DNA of 64,000 nucleotides from sequence record MH221129.1; one strand, 5' to 3'. Under the pieces are notes generated by a model. That model searched no databases, had not been told where the DNA came from, and saw only the letters and a program-made list of their open reading frames with translations. Position 1 is the stretch's first letter. Each line of letters begins with the position of its first letter. A program made the translations under genes and the position numbers. Positions 34,870 through 43,262 of this stretch are shown here, one piece after another.

Positions 34870-35871
34870 TTATCCTCTCAATCCCAGTAAAAAAGCCTTA
34901 GCCGGTGTGGATGGCGCTGGATTCGCAGGTTCATGCACCGTAGGTTTTTCGCGTAGGGTAAGTTCTACACGATTACCTTTTGCTTTCTTCCAGCTAACCA
35001 GTTCGTTGTTCCGTTTTAACACCATGCTGCGCACAACTTGCGTACAACGCAGAATGTCGCCGTAGAGGTGATTGGCCGCTTCGTTGTTTGCACCTGTCTC
35101 GATGTAGACCGTATCGCTGTGACGTTGGGCGAAATCAAACAGTGCACCGATTAAACGACGACCGATGCCTTTACGCTGATGTGTGTACTTAACCGCTACG
35201 CCACTCAACATCACCACGCCTTTACTCACCAGACGCATTTGGGCAACACCCACGATTTCTTTACCGTCGCGCCACACCACCGTTTCCACATTTGCGTGTG
35301 AGATACGATTAACCATAGTGTCTGCAATAGGACTGGTATAAAGATAGTGACCACGGACGTCTTGACTAAGTTCTTCATAGATGCCACCTGCGACTAACTC
35401 ACGTACGCGTTCTCTATCTGCAATGGGAAGCTCTGGAAAGCGTTCGCCGCTGATGTACTGGATTTCTGACGCGGTAATGACACCGTCAAACAACCGCGAT
35501 GAGCACGACCACATTAAATCAGCAAGTTCAAAACCACGACTGATAAGTTGCTTCTCGACCTCATCGTTAGGAGCAGGACAGGACATGAATTCAAAACCGG
35601 TGTGGTCAAGAATCAATGCCAGGCCAACTGCATCTAACGCCCCCGCTTCAAACTCTTCAAAATAGTGACAGGTCAGTGTCGGGTCGCCGTGTTGATACGT
35701 TGCAACTAAGTACCCCACCCAACGTGCTTGCGCGTTGCGAACTACGTACACAGAGTAGGAAGGGTCTTTCAGATACTTACTCAACCGGTCTGCACGTGCA
35801 CCCGTACCAACGAAATTAGCAAAATCATCAGTCCGGATATCGGCACGGAATAATCTGCCCACTGTTCTCAT
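34870..35871 (-). CDS. Tandem GNAT acetyltransferase (333 aa), C-terminal domain intact
   Basis: VAVKYTHQRKGIGRRL (motif A) and NNEAANHLY (motif B); N-domain ends LISRGF. Confidence 0.8.
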   Translation of the reverse strand: MRTVGRLFRADIRTDDFANFVGTGARADRLSKYLKDPSYSVYVVRNAQARWVGYLVATYQHGDPTLTCHYFEEFEAGALDAVGLALILDHTGFEFMSCPAPNDEVEKQLISRGFELADLMWSCSSRLFDGVITASEIQYISGERFPELPIADRERVRELVAGGIYEELSQDVRGHYLYTSPIADTMVNRISHANVETVVWRDGKEIVGVAQMRLVSKGVVMLSGVAVKYTHQRKGIGRRLIGALFDFAQRHSDTVYIETGANNEAANHLYGDILRCTQVVRSMVLKRNNELVSWKKAKGNRVELTLREKPTVHEPANPAPSTPAKAFLLGLRG

Positions 35872-35936
35872 TGTAATTCCCTCAAAAAGGTATTGCTGTC
35901 ACATCATGAGTCAAAAGTGTAAAAAGACAAAAAAAG

Positions 35937-35958
35937 TAAGGGAGCAAAAGCTCCCTTA
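35937..35958 (-). terminator. Terminator, 9-bp stem
   Basis: TAAGGGAGC-aaaa-GCTCCCTTA with A-tract on plus. Confidence 0.75.
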
Positions 35959-35964
35959 TCTTAC

Positions 35965-36624
35965 TTACAGAGTGAGGCGTGGTGGGTTATTTCCGTCATA
36001 CAGGCCACGAGATGCGGCGTGGGCGAAAGAGTTATACATCTTCGCAAAGTTATCGAGATGTGTACGTACTTCCGGGTCTTCGAGATTACCCACAACAACA
36101 TTCCCGGCGGCACCGAGTAAGAAATAACCGAAGTTCTCACCATCGGTAAAGTTGATGTCGGTGGTAACCGGATGAACCATCGTTGCATTCGGCAGAATGT
36201 TACCGATAAGTCCTGCCGCACGAATGAGGTGACCCGCTTCTTTCTCTTCGCCATTCAAGAACGAGCGCAGGGCTGCGACTGCAATCAATGGATAGATGTT
36301 CACCCGGCTTTCTGTGCTACGTAACACGCCGATGACTTTACCGTGAGTCTGAATCGAGAACGACCAAAGTTCCGCGCCGCAGTGGATGGAAAACTTCAGC
36401 CACGGGGCTGGTGTGATCGTGATGACTTCTTCGCCCGGTTCGATGAGATAATCCTGCTCAACACGAATCTGTTTCATGCGGGCAGCGAAGTTGGCGGCCA
36501 GATCTTCGGGTAAAGCTGAGGGTTGTGGTACGTTCACTTTGTCTGCCTCTTTTTTGTTGGCGGGATTTGTACCGATGGTGGTACGTCTGTCTCGGACGGG
36601 TGTCGTACGTGGTGCTTTTGCCAT
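35965..36624 (-). CDS. Hypothetical protein (219 aa)
   Basis: ORF track; TAAGGAG RBS. Confidence 0.8.
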   Translation of the reverse strand: MAKAPRTTPVRDRRTTIGTNPANKKEADKVNVPQPSALPEDLAANFAARMKQIRVEQDYLIEPGEEVITITPAPWLKFSIHCGAELWSFSIQTHGKVIGVLRSTESRVNIYPLIAVAALRSFLNGEEKEAGHLIRAAGLIGNILPNATMVHPVTTDINFTDGENFGYFLLGAAGNVVVGNLEDPEVRTHLDNFAKMYNSFAHAASRGLYDGNNPPRLTL

Positions 36625-36651
36625 AGTGTATACTCCTTACGTGGTGCTTAC

Positions 36652-37059
36652 TTAATAGTCTCTGTGTTCTGGGAATTCTCGTTCGCAAGCGATGCGGTCA
36701 TTCTCTACACGGTTCAGATGTGCCGGAAGAGACACACAGTTGTTACAAATACACAATTCTTTATCGCCTTGACGGGCGTCAAAGTCGTACCATTTCCAGC
36801 CGACGGTGTCGCGCTTCGGGAAAGTTCCTTTGCAGTCATCACAGATGACTTCTTCCGCTGCTATTTCAGCTTGTAACTTTTCCCAGCACGCTTCGCACAT
36901 GTAGTACGTTTCACGACCCCATGGGTCACATTCCGCTGTATAGCGTGTGGCCACAGACCCCACCTTGAGGTGCTTACAACGCTCGTCGTCTTCTTTCATC
37001 ACACGACGCGTGATACCATTAACAAACCAGTTCATAATGGGTCTCCTAGTGAACCACAA
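36652..37059 (-). CDS. Multi-CxxC zinc-finger protein
   Basis: CKH, CEAC, CDDC, CNNC. Confidence 0.7.
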   Translation of the reverse strand: MWFTRRPIMNWFVNGITRRVMKEDDERCKHLKVGSVATRYTAECDPWGRETYYMCEACWEKLQAEIAAEEVICDDCKGTFPKRDTVGWKWYDFDARQGDKELCICNNCVSLPAHLNRVENDRIACEREFPEHRDY

Positions 37060-37417
37060 CGGAAGGCTTACGGTTCACCACAGAAAGGCGACCAGTCTCT
37101 CCTTGACGGATAGGGCAGTTCTTCATGTAGTCCACGCCCGATTCCATCTTGAAGACGTATCTGCATTTACCGTTACGGGATTGGTACTCAACCGTATAGG
37201 TTAAACGCAATGTATCCGCTACACGCATCAGTGTTTCGATGGTGACGTTCTTTTCACGTTCGTTTTTGATTGCTGAAATCTGGGAAGCTGAACAGCCCAC
37301 CAGTTGCGCAATCTCTTTTTGGGTTACGTCAATCTCGGTAATTCTTTTAATAATAAAAGACAGACGAACCAAGAAAGCTTTCTTAGCCAACACAACAGCA
37401 GCATGTTTGAAACGCAT
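37046..37417 (-). CDS. XRE/HigA-like helix-turn-helix protein
   Basis: TQKEIAQLVGCSASQISAIKN...VTIETLMRVADTL. Confidence 0.85.
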   Translation of the reverse strand: MRFKHAAVVLAKKAFLVRLSFIIKRITEIDVTQKEIAQLVGCSASQISAIKNEREKNVTIETLMRVADTLRLTYTVEYQSRNGKCRYVFKMESGVDYMKNCPIRQGETGRLSVVNRKPSVVVH

Positions 37418-37444
37418 GATAATACTCCTTTAGTTAATAGTCGA

Positions 37445-37897
37445 TTAGTTCAATGGTTCTAAAACGTATATGGGGAAGAAGATACCGAGGCTTGTCTTGT
37501 GGCCACGACGTATCATCCACGCCGGTAAGATTTTCTCCGGAAGCATCACACCTGGTGTGGCAAAATGCACACACGACGGATTATCGTCTGGGTCTGACCA
37601 ATATTCCCAGGTGCCGACAGTGTTACATTTAACTTTGAAAATGCGTGACAAATCACGCACAGCCACCTGATCCCAACTAACGACCACTTTCTTCTTGTCG
37701 CCGTATTCCAACAGGTAGTCGTGAATCGGCATTTTATCGAAGTGGTTGAATGGTACCGCGTTGCGCAACGGCTTAAGATAACGACGACACCACAACCGTA
37801 GTCTGATACTGCGAATAATGCCGCTCAAGTCAGGGAAGTATGTTTCACGAACCACTTGAGCCTCTGGAAAGGTGGGCCGTACAGGTTTATTTGACAT
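37445..37897 (-). CDS. Early hypothetical protein (150 aa)
   Basis: ORF track; first gene after promoter 37946..37971. Confidence 0.8.
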   Translation of the reverse strand: MSNKPVRPTFPEAQVVRETYFPDLSGIIRSIRLRLWCRRYLKPLRNAVPFNHFDKMPIHDYLLEYGDKKKVVVSWDQVAVRDLSRIFKVKCNTVGTWEYWSDPDDNPSCVHFATPGVMLPEKILPAWMIRRGHKTSLGIFFPIYVLEPLN

Positions 37898-37945
37898 CTT
37901 AATACTCCTTACGAAAATGGTCGATTAGGCGTTTTGTTATCAACG

Positions 37946-37971
37946 CTCACTTAAGTAATATATATCTGAAA
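37946..37971 (-). promoter_or_regulatory. Early promoter TTTCAGATATATATTAC-TTAA-GTGAG
   Basis: Exact copy of the invariant positions. Confidence 0.8.
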
Positions 37972-38012
37972 TCATTTTGCATAGGACTAGTTCGAAGTGT
38001 AAAAAATGAAAG

Positions 38013-38036
38013 CCCCCTTACCCGAAGGTAAGGGGG
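38013..38036 (-). terminator. Terminator, 10-bp stem, UUCG loop
   Basis: CCCCCTTACC-cgaa-GGTAAGGGGG. Confidence 0.85.
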
Positions 38037-38041
38037 TACTA

Positions 38042-38665
38042 CTAGGCGGCGAGAATCTGTTCAACGATTCTGGCGGCGACCAAAGCCATATCGTCATTTG
38101 CGCTCACGTTCATCAGCTTGAACTTGTCACCACCTTCGGTAATGATGTGATGCGCGAAACGATACTGGTCGCGTAAGGCGTCCCAGGAGCGACTGTCGCG
38201 CAGATACTTCGCGGTTAATACTTCGTCATCCCAGTTCTTGCCCTGGGCCTCTACGCGCTTCCTGAAGCGTTCTGTGGCACTTTCGAAGTCGATGTCCATT
38301 GCAACGTACAATTGCGGAGCATTAGGATGGTCTGCGACCTTGGAACGGAAGACTTCACCTTTGCCATCAACGCCCTGATAGACAACAGTGGATGGACAGA
38401 AACGGTCGAAGATAACCACGTCGTATTCAGGGACAACATTCTCGAGGGTGTGTAAGAAGTCTTCACACATCGCCTCGGCAATCCGTGCATTAGAAGCAGA
38501 CTGCACAACTAACGACCGTGCGCGAATCCCTGCTTCTGTGGTGTTCGTTGGATGGTTAACCACCACGGCGTTGATCCCTGCGCAACGTAGCATTTCCAAC
38601 ACCAGTTTAGCCAGTGTGCTTTTGCCTGCGAAGTCAGGTGCGTCGAACGACACCGATTTTAACAT
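38042..38665 (-). CDS. tmk: Thymidylate kinase
   Basis: P-loop DAPDFAGKST, HP, VIFDRFCPSTVVYQG. Confidence 0.85.
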   Translation of the reverse strand: MLKSVSFDAPDFAGKSTLAKLVLEMLRCAGINAVVVNHPTNTTEAGIRARSLVVQSASNARIAEAMCEDFLHTLENVVPEYDVVIFDRFCPSTVVYQGVDGKGEVFRSKVADHPNAPQLYVAMDIDFESATERFRKRVEAQGKNWDDEVLTAKYLRDSRSWDALRDQYRFAHHIITEGGDKFKLMNVSANDDMALVAARIVEQILAA

Positions 38666-38732
38666 GATAATACCCCAAGTAGTTTGTTAATAGCTGCTAT
38701 TCACATTATAACTATTTGGCGTAAACAAAAAA

Positions 38733-38760
38733 AAACAAGTGCCCCGAGAGACACTTGTTT
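38733..38760 (-). terminator. Probable terminator
   Basis: AAACAAGTG...CACTTGTTT with A-tract on plus. Confidence 0.65.
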
Positions 38761-38764
38761 TCGT

Positions 38765-39379
38765 TTACTTCACGAGCAGTATCTGCTCACCTGCCACACG
38801 CACTTCTTCCCAACCTTGATGCCTGGCGGCCGCAGCAACTAAATCAACACAGTTTCTATCAGCAATCCAACCCTGGCAAACATCTCGAATGAAATCAGGT
38901 TGGAGCACAACCAGTGGAGCTGCTTCTGAAACGCATTCTGGTGCGGGGAGACGAGCAATATCCACCATGTGACGTAGCTTGTGATGCTCGAGATTAAAGC
39001 GATAATAGAGTGTTTCTGTGTGGCTATCGCCATTCTCTTCAGTTATGGTAATATTAATCGCGAGGCCGGAACGAGGATGTTCTTCGTTATCAACTCTGTA
39101 CGTCGATGCACTCAGAACATAGCTAAAGTATTTTATACCTATTGCGAAGTCGAAATCTTCTTCAAGTATCTCCGTATACAGTTTACTTATTTCGCGGGTG
39201 CATGGCCTTTCATCGTAATAATCATCCCCTTCGAAGGGGGCGTACTGTGCATCAGGCCGAAGATTATTAAAAATCCAGTTTGGGAGACGCTGGCGAAATG
39301 CCTCGGCAATCTTGGCACGCTCATAACCGTCAGTCATGGTGGATAAGGAGACTGCTGCCTCTACAATATCATTAATCAT
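38765..39379 (-). CDS. Monocistronic early hypothetical protein (204 aa)
   Basis: ORF between promoter 39421 and terminator 38733. Confidence 0.8.
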   Translation of the reverse strand: MINDIVEAAVSLSTMTDGYERAKIAEAFRQRLPNWIFNNLRPDAQYAPFEGDDYYDERPCTREISKLYTEILEEDFDFAIGIKYFSYVLSASTYRVDNEEHPRSGLAINITITEENGDSHTETLYYRFNLEHHKLRHMVDIARLPAPECVSEAAPLVVLQPDFIRDVCQGWIADRNCVDLVAAAARHQGWEEVRVAGEQILLVK

Positions 39380-39420
39380 AATAGATTCCTTAATGGTCGA
39401 TTAGAAGTATGGGTCGTAAT

Positions 39421-39446
39421 CTCACTAAGGTAATATATATCTGAAA
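39421..39446 (-). promoter_or_regulatory. Early promoter TTTCAGATATATATTAC-CTTA-GTGAG
   Basis: Exact copy of the invariant positions. Confidence 0.8.
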
Positions 39447-39460
39447 AATAATATAATACA

Positions 39461-39480
39461 CCCACTCCCGAAGGAGTGGG
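39461..39480 (-). terminator. Terminator, UUCG loop
   Basis: CCCACTCC-cgaa-GGAGTGGG. Confidence 0.8.
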
Positions 39481-39487
39481 TTATCGC

Positions 39488-40087
39488 TTACTGATGGTCA
39501 ACAACCGGCGCAGACCATTCTGGCACTTCTGGCAGTTTGATTTCTTCAGCTTGCGCGCTGGGGACAGCCAGCGTTGCAAAGCCACGACACGCCAGGTAAT
39601 GCTGCATACGTGCAGCTTGGTTTGGTGTGTCGGTAATCACCAGATGTGTTTTGCGCATGAGTGCCAGCACCGCTTGTCCTTCCTGCGGCGTTGGTGAACG
39701 CGGATTCTTACTGATAATGCTTAACAGCCAGTCGCGAGCCAGACCGGCGACGTTGCAAGTTGCCTCACGCAAATCGACCACCCCACCACCTTCACCCACT
39801 ACTTGTTTCGTGGAGTTAGGATAAAAGCGATATGGTGAACGGCGACGTTTACGTCTTACTTCCGAGATAGCACGACCCAGAATCATTTGTGCGTGCTTCA
39901 CGCTGCACCCTTCACCCGGCCGACGCATGGCCGTTACCAGGCAGGCAATTTCGAGAACTTTGCTAATCTGATAACGACGCTTGAACCCATGCCGACTAAT
40001 GTCGACGTGCTCCGGGAGTTTGCCGTTTTTGTTGATGTGGGCAACAGTAATCAAAAACAGCGAATCGAGAATCATCTCAGACATCAC
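39488..40087 (-). CDS. Basic hypothetical protein (199 aa)
   Basis: ORF track. Confidence 0.7.
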   Translation of the reverse strand: MMSEMILDSLFLITVAHINKNGKLPEHVDISRHGFKRRYQISKVLEIACLVTAMRRPGEGCSVKHAQMILGRAISEVRRKRRRSPYRFYPNSTKQVVGEGGGVVDLREATCNVAGLARDWLLSIISKNPRSPTPQEGQAVLALMRKTHLVITDTPNQAARMQHYLACRGFATLAVPSAQAEEIKLPEVPEWSAPVVDHQ

Positions 40088-40096
40088 GGTTTCCCC

Positions 40097-40468
40097 TTAG
40101 AACCCCGCTACTACAGCAGCAATAAAGGCGTGAACGTCTTTACGGTGCTCAGATAACGGATAGCCAAATTTAGAAAAATCACTTGCCCAACGTGCCGGAT
40201 AGACGTCGCCATCGTGACTGAAAAAAGAACGCAGCACTAAAAAGTATTCAGCGCTGACGCGAAAGTTTAACGAACAGCATCCGTGTTTGGCTCGCACTGA
40301 AAGCTGAATCCGTTTAACACCGTCGCCGAGATACTGGGAATCCAGAGTAACATCGCTGACACCAGGCACCGCCCGTAATGCCGCCGCAACATCCTCTAAA
40401 TCCCCGTTCTTTGTTACATTACTGCCAGTGAGTGCTGTGGTGAGTTGTTGAAGTTCTCTATAGAACAT
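40097..40468 (-). CDS. Hypothetical protein (123 aa)
   Basis: ORF track; GGAAGGA RBS. Confidence 0.7.
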   Translation of the reverse strand: MFYRELQQLTTALTGSNVTKNGDLEDVAAALRAVPGVSDVTLDSQYLGDGVKRIQLSVRAKHGCCSLNFRVSAEYFLVLRSFFSHDGDVYPARWASDFSKFGYPLSEHRKDVHAFIAAVVAGF

Positions 40469-41022
40469 CCTTCCAGTCTCCTGTCCCTACCGTACGGCAA
40501 GGGGTATTTATAGTGCCAATCATCCTGTACAGGACTGACCCGGACATAACGGCCGTAGAACAGAAGATACTTATAAAAGGTCGCTATTGTGACATCCTTG
40601 TTTACCGAGAGATAATAGTTCAGCTCCGGCTGTTCAGGGAAGTCCACATAGATACCCGTAAAGTGGTCACCGCGGTATTCACCATTAAAGGGCGTCACTA
40701 CACATTCCACGTCAGGCATTCCGACTTGGAAAGCATGTTGCCCTGTCCAGTAAATTCCTCGACCGGTTGCATCTCGTGTCTTGCCGGAATCCCGGCACGC
40801 AATCCCGTCCAAAAAACTCGCGCGCTGACTAGAGTCTGCGGCTTTTAAAAACTGCAATATCTGCTCCGGCGTCACGTATTTCAGCGTGTCGGGTGGCAGA
40901 TGCCAAAAGGTGCCCGCAACACGTACCACTTTCCAACCAGGACGATGCCTCGCCCCAAAACGCTTTACACCAAAAGTATAACGCGAGCCAGTCTGATGTG
41001 GCACGCTGCGAACAGCAACCAT
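40414..41022 (-). CDS. Hypothetical protein (202 aa)
   Basis: ORF track. Confidence 0.55.
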   Translation of the reverse strand: MVAVRSVPHQTGSRYTFGVKRFGARHRPGWKVVRVAGTFWHLPPDTLKYVTPEQILQFLKAADSSQRASFLDGIACRDSGKTRDATGRGIYWTGQHAFQVGMPDVECVVTPFNGEYRGDHFTGIYVDFPEQPELNYYLSVNKDVTIATFYKYLLFYGRYVRVSPVQDDWHYKYPLPYGRDRRLEGCSIENFNNSPQHSLAVM

Positions 41023-41023
41023 G

Positions 41024-41521
41024 TTATATCTCCTTCACCATGTCGTGATATTCAGTTCGAAAACCGAAGCGTTCGTAAAACGCAAGTGCGCGGTCGTTAT
41101 TACCCAGCACAGTAAGCTGCATCCATGCGCAGCCTTTCGACTTGCCGTAAGCTTCTACGGCGGCGATTAAATCTTTACCTACACCCTGGGAACGAACTTC
41201 GTCCTCGACGAAGAAGTTATATATCCAGAGCCAACGCTGACCTTTCTTGGTGTAGCCAAAGGTAATGAAGCCCACAACCACATCGCGGTCATCAACGGCG
41301 CAAGCGCACATCGTCCCTTCATTCCAGATTTCCTCTAACTTATCAATCGATGCAAACCCATCACGACCGTTCAAGTCCGTCAGTTTGATTCGCTGATCGG
41401 CGTAGAGTTTGTTGTGCAGGCTTAGAAGGTCGGCGTAATACTTCCGGCCATACGGTGATGTGGGTTTGGTGACAAAGACTATTTTCATCATTTCACCTTT
41501 GCCAGCGACTGTTGTGTCCAT
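41024..41521 (-). CDS. GNAT acetyltransferase
   Basis: FFVEDEVRSQGVGKDL, NNDRALAFYERFGF. Confidence 0.9.
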   Translation of the reverse strand: MDTTVAGKGEMMKIVFVTKPTSPYGRKYYADLLSLHNKLYADQRIKLTDLNGRDGFASIDKLEEIWNEGTMCACAVDDRDVVVGFITFGYTKKGQRWLWIYNFFVEDEVRSQGVGKDLIAAVEAYGKSKGCAWMQLTVLGNNDRALAFYERFGFRTEYHDMVKEI

Positions 41522-42618
41522 TCCATCAACCCCTCCGCCACACGGACTAACGCCGTTGTGAAAGCGTCTTCCATGGCCAGCGCGTTTTTGTACCGTCGTG
41601 TCACTTCGCGTAGTTCTTTCCCTTCCAGGTTCTTTAACTCACCCTTCATGGTTTCAACTTCGGCATAAATCCCCGTGTAGCCAGAGATACGACTCTTCGT
41701 ACCACGGTCACGGATTGACTTAATCAGTTCTTCGGCAGCTTCAATGGCTTTACCGCACTGATGCATATCGAGTGATTCGATTGTATCACCGTACGTACCT
41801 TCACGGGCTATTGCCCAACCAACCTTACCACTGTGATGGGTCACCACAATCAGGTTACCAGGGATAGGGTACGCCTCAACCTTCTTAAAGGGATCGACGA
41901 TACCGAGTAATCCTGCAGCACGCTTAACCGCCCAGTTGGTTGAACGCCCGATTTGTTTCATACCGGGGCCATCACTGATAAACTGGCTACTTTTCAGCGC
42001 GGTGCGGGTGTATACAGTGTACTTCTGCACCACCCCTTCGTACGCTTGCGTTTGTTTGGAAAACTTCACACAAGCTTCAAAGTCAACTTTGTCTTCGTAA
42101 CAAACTTTCGATGTCCAGCTGCTCGTGTGGACATCGACATTGTCCAACGTTTGGTGGCCGTCTAACAGCGACATGCGTTTCTTCAGCTTGTCGAGTTTCC
42201 GTTCCATGAAAGCCGCTTTTGAGGTGGCCTCTTTTAAACGTTCAGTTTGTTCTTTGGCCAGCTCCTCAGCGAACTCGTAAAACTTACCCGCCAATTTCTT
42301 GGAGAGCTTTACGGTACCGTTAGCGGTGGCAGCCAAGCCTTTACCGGCGAGTTTACCGACGCCTTTGATGCCTTTGGCGGCGAGACGACCCGCTGCACGA
42401 TGTACGCCTGCAGTTGGGTCGGTGTCGGTCATGAACTGCGCTTGCTCTAGCATCTCTCTGGACTCACGAGCAATCAACAAGCCGTCGTCGTCAATTAGTC
42501 CCCAGCGTTGTGCAATCGCGCAGACCGCCGGAAACTCAGGCTTGACCCCGAGGGCCTCCAATGCAACGAGACGGTCGTAATCGTCGCACAGGATTTCAAA
42601 ATCAAGATCAAGCGACAT
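41488..42618 (-). CDS. Probable internal head (ejection) protein, protease-processed
   Basis: Acidic N-terminal propeptide with ALE (AxE cleavage motif), then G/K/A-rich and coiled-coil segments typical of phiKZ-like head proteins. Confidence 0.5.
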   Translation of the reverse strand: MSLDLDFEILCDDYDRLVALEALGVKPEFPAVCAIAQRWGLIDDDGLLIARESREMLEQAQFMTDTDPTAGVHRAAGRLAAKGIKGVGKLAGKGLAATANGTVKLSKKLAGKFYEFAEELAKEQTERLKEATSKAAFMERKLDKLKKRMSLLDGHQTLDNVDVHTSSWTSKVCYEDKVDFEACVKFSKQTQAYEGVVQKYTVYTRTALKSSQFISDGPGMKQIGRSTNWAVKRAAGLLGIVDPFKKVEAYPIPGNLIVVTHHSGKVGWAIAREGTYGDTIESLDMHQCGKAIEAAEELIKSIRDRGTKSRISGYTGIYAEVETMKGELKNLEGKELREVTRRYKNALAMEDAFTTALVRVAEGLMEWTQQSLAKVK

Positions 42619-42621
42619 TGG

Positions 42622-42948
42622 TTATTCTCCCTGGTCTATAGCTGGCAACTCTACAGTTTTCCCAGCCAAGCCATGTGTACAGTCGTTAAGAAACTGAATG
42701 TGACCGTCCCGAACAAACGAATGGCAGCACAACGTGATGTCTTTTGTCGGGTCGTCAAACTCTTCTGGAACGTCGCTGGGTTCAGTCCAGGTGCATAGCA
42801 CGCTCGGGGACAATGTCGGCGATTCCAGATTACCATTGAAAGTCCACCGTGGTCCGGGACCACTTCCCACTTGCACCGTGTGCGCACGGTTACAACCAGG
42901 GCACAGAAACGACAGACGTTCTGCGTTGAGGTATTTTGCACGGGCCAT
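42622..42948 (-). CDS. DUF6527-like small Cys/His protein
   Basis: CPGC..H, W.FNG....PTLSPSV, CHSFV.DG.IQFL.DCTH. Confidence 0.7.
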   Translation of the reverse strand: MARAKYLNAERLSFLCPGCNRAHTVQVGSGPGPRWTFNGNLESPTLSPSVLCTWTEPSDVPEEFDDPTKDITLCCHSFVRDGHIQFLNDCTHGLAGKTVELPAIDQGE

Positions 42949-42967
42949 CGATGGACTCTCCTGTGAG

Positions 42968-43234
42968 TTACACCTGAACTAAGGTGTAGTAATAGTTGCG
43001 GTTTGGCCAACGTACGCACATGGCGAAGATTTCCCCGGTGTCAGGGGTAACGTATAACGTGGGCCGTGGGTTATTCTCGTCCACCGGCACCTTGGCTTCG
43101 TACCCGTGGCGCTCTAAGTAATCAAAGAATTCATCTTCGCTGCCCGGATACTGCCGGAACATCGTGATTTTCTTCTCTGGTTTATCGGGAAAGAATGCTT
43201 TCCACAAACGACGTGCTAATCCAGTTGTTTGCAT
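42968..43234 (-). CDS. Hypothetical protein (88 aa)
   Basis: ORF track. Confidence 0.65.
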   Translation of the reverse strand: MQTTGLARRLWKAFFPDKPEKKITMFRQYPGSEDEFFDYLERHGYEAKVPVDENNPRPTLYVTPDTGEIFAMCVRWPNRNYYYTLVQV

Positions 43235-43262
43235 ACCTACGGCCTCGTTAAAAGCGGTCAGG

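Noticed and set aside
35872-35960. Mu mom-like Dam-controlled promoter upstream of the GNAT-Dam operon
   Set aside because: No GATC site in this intergenic region
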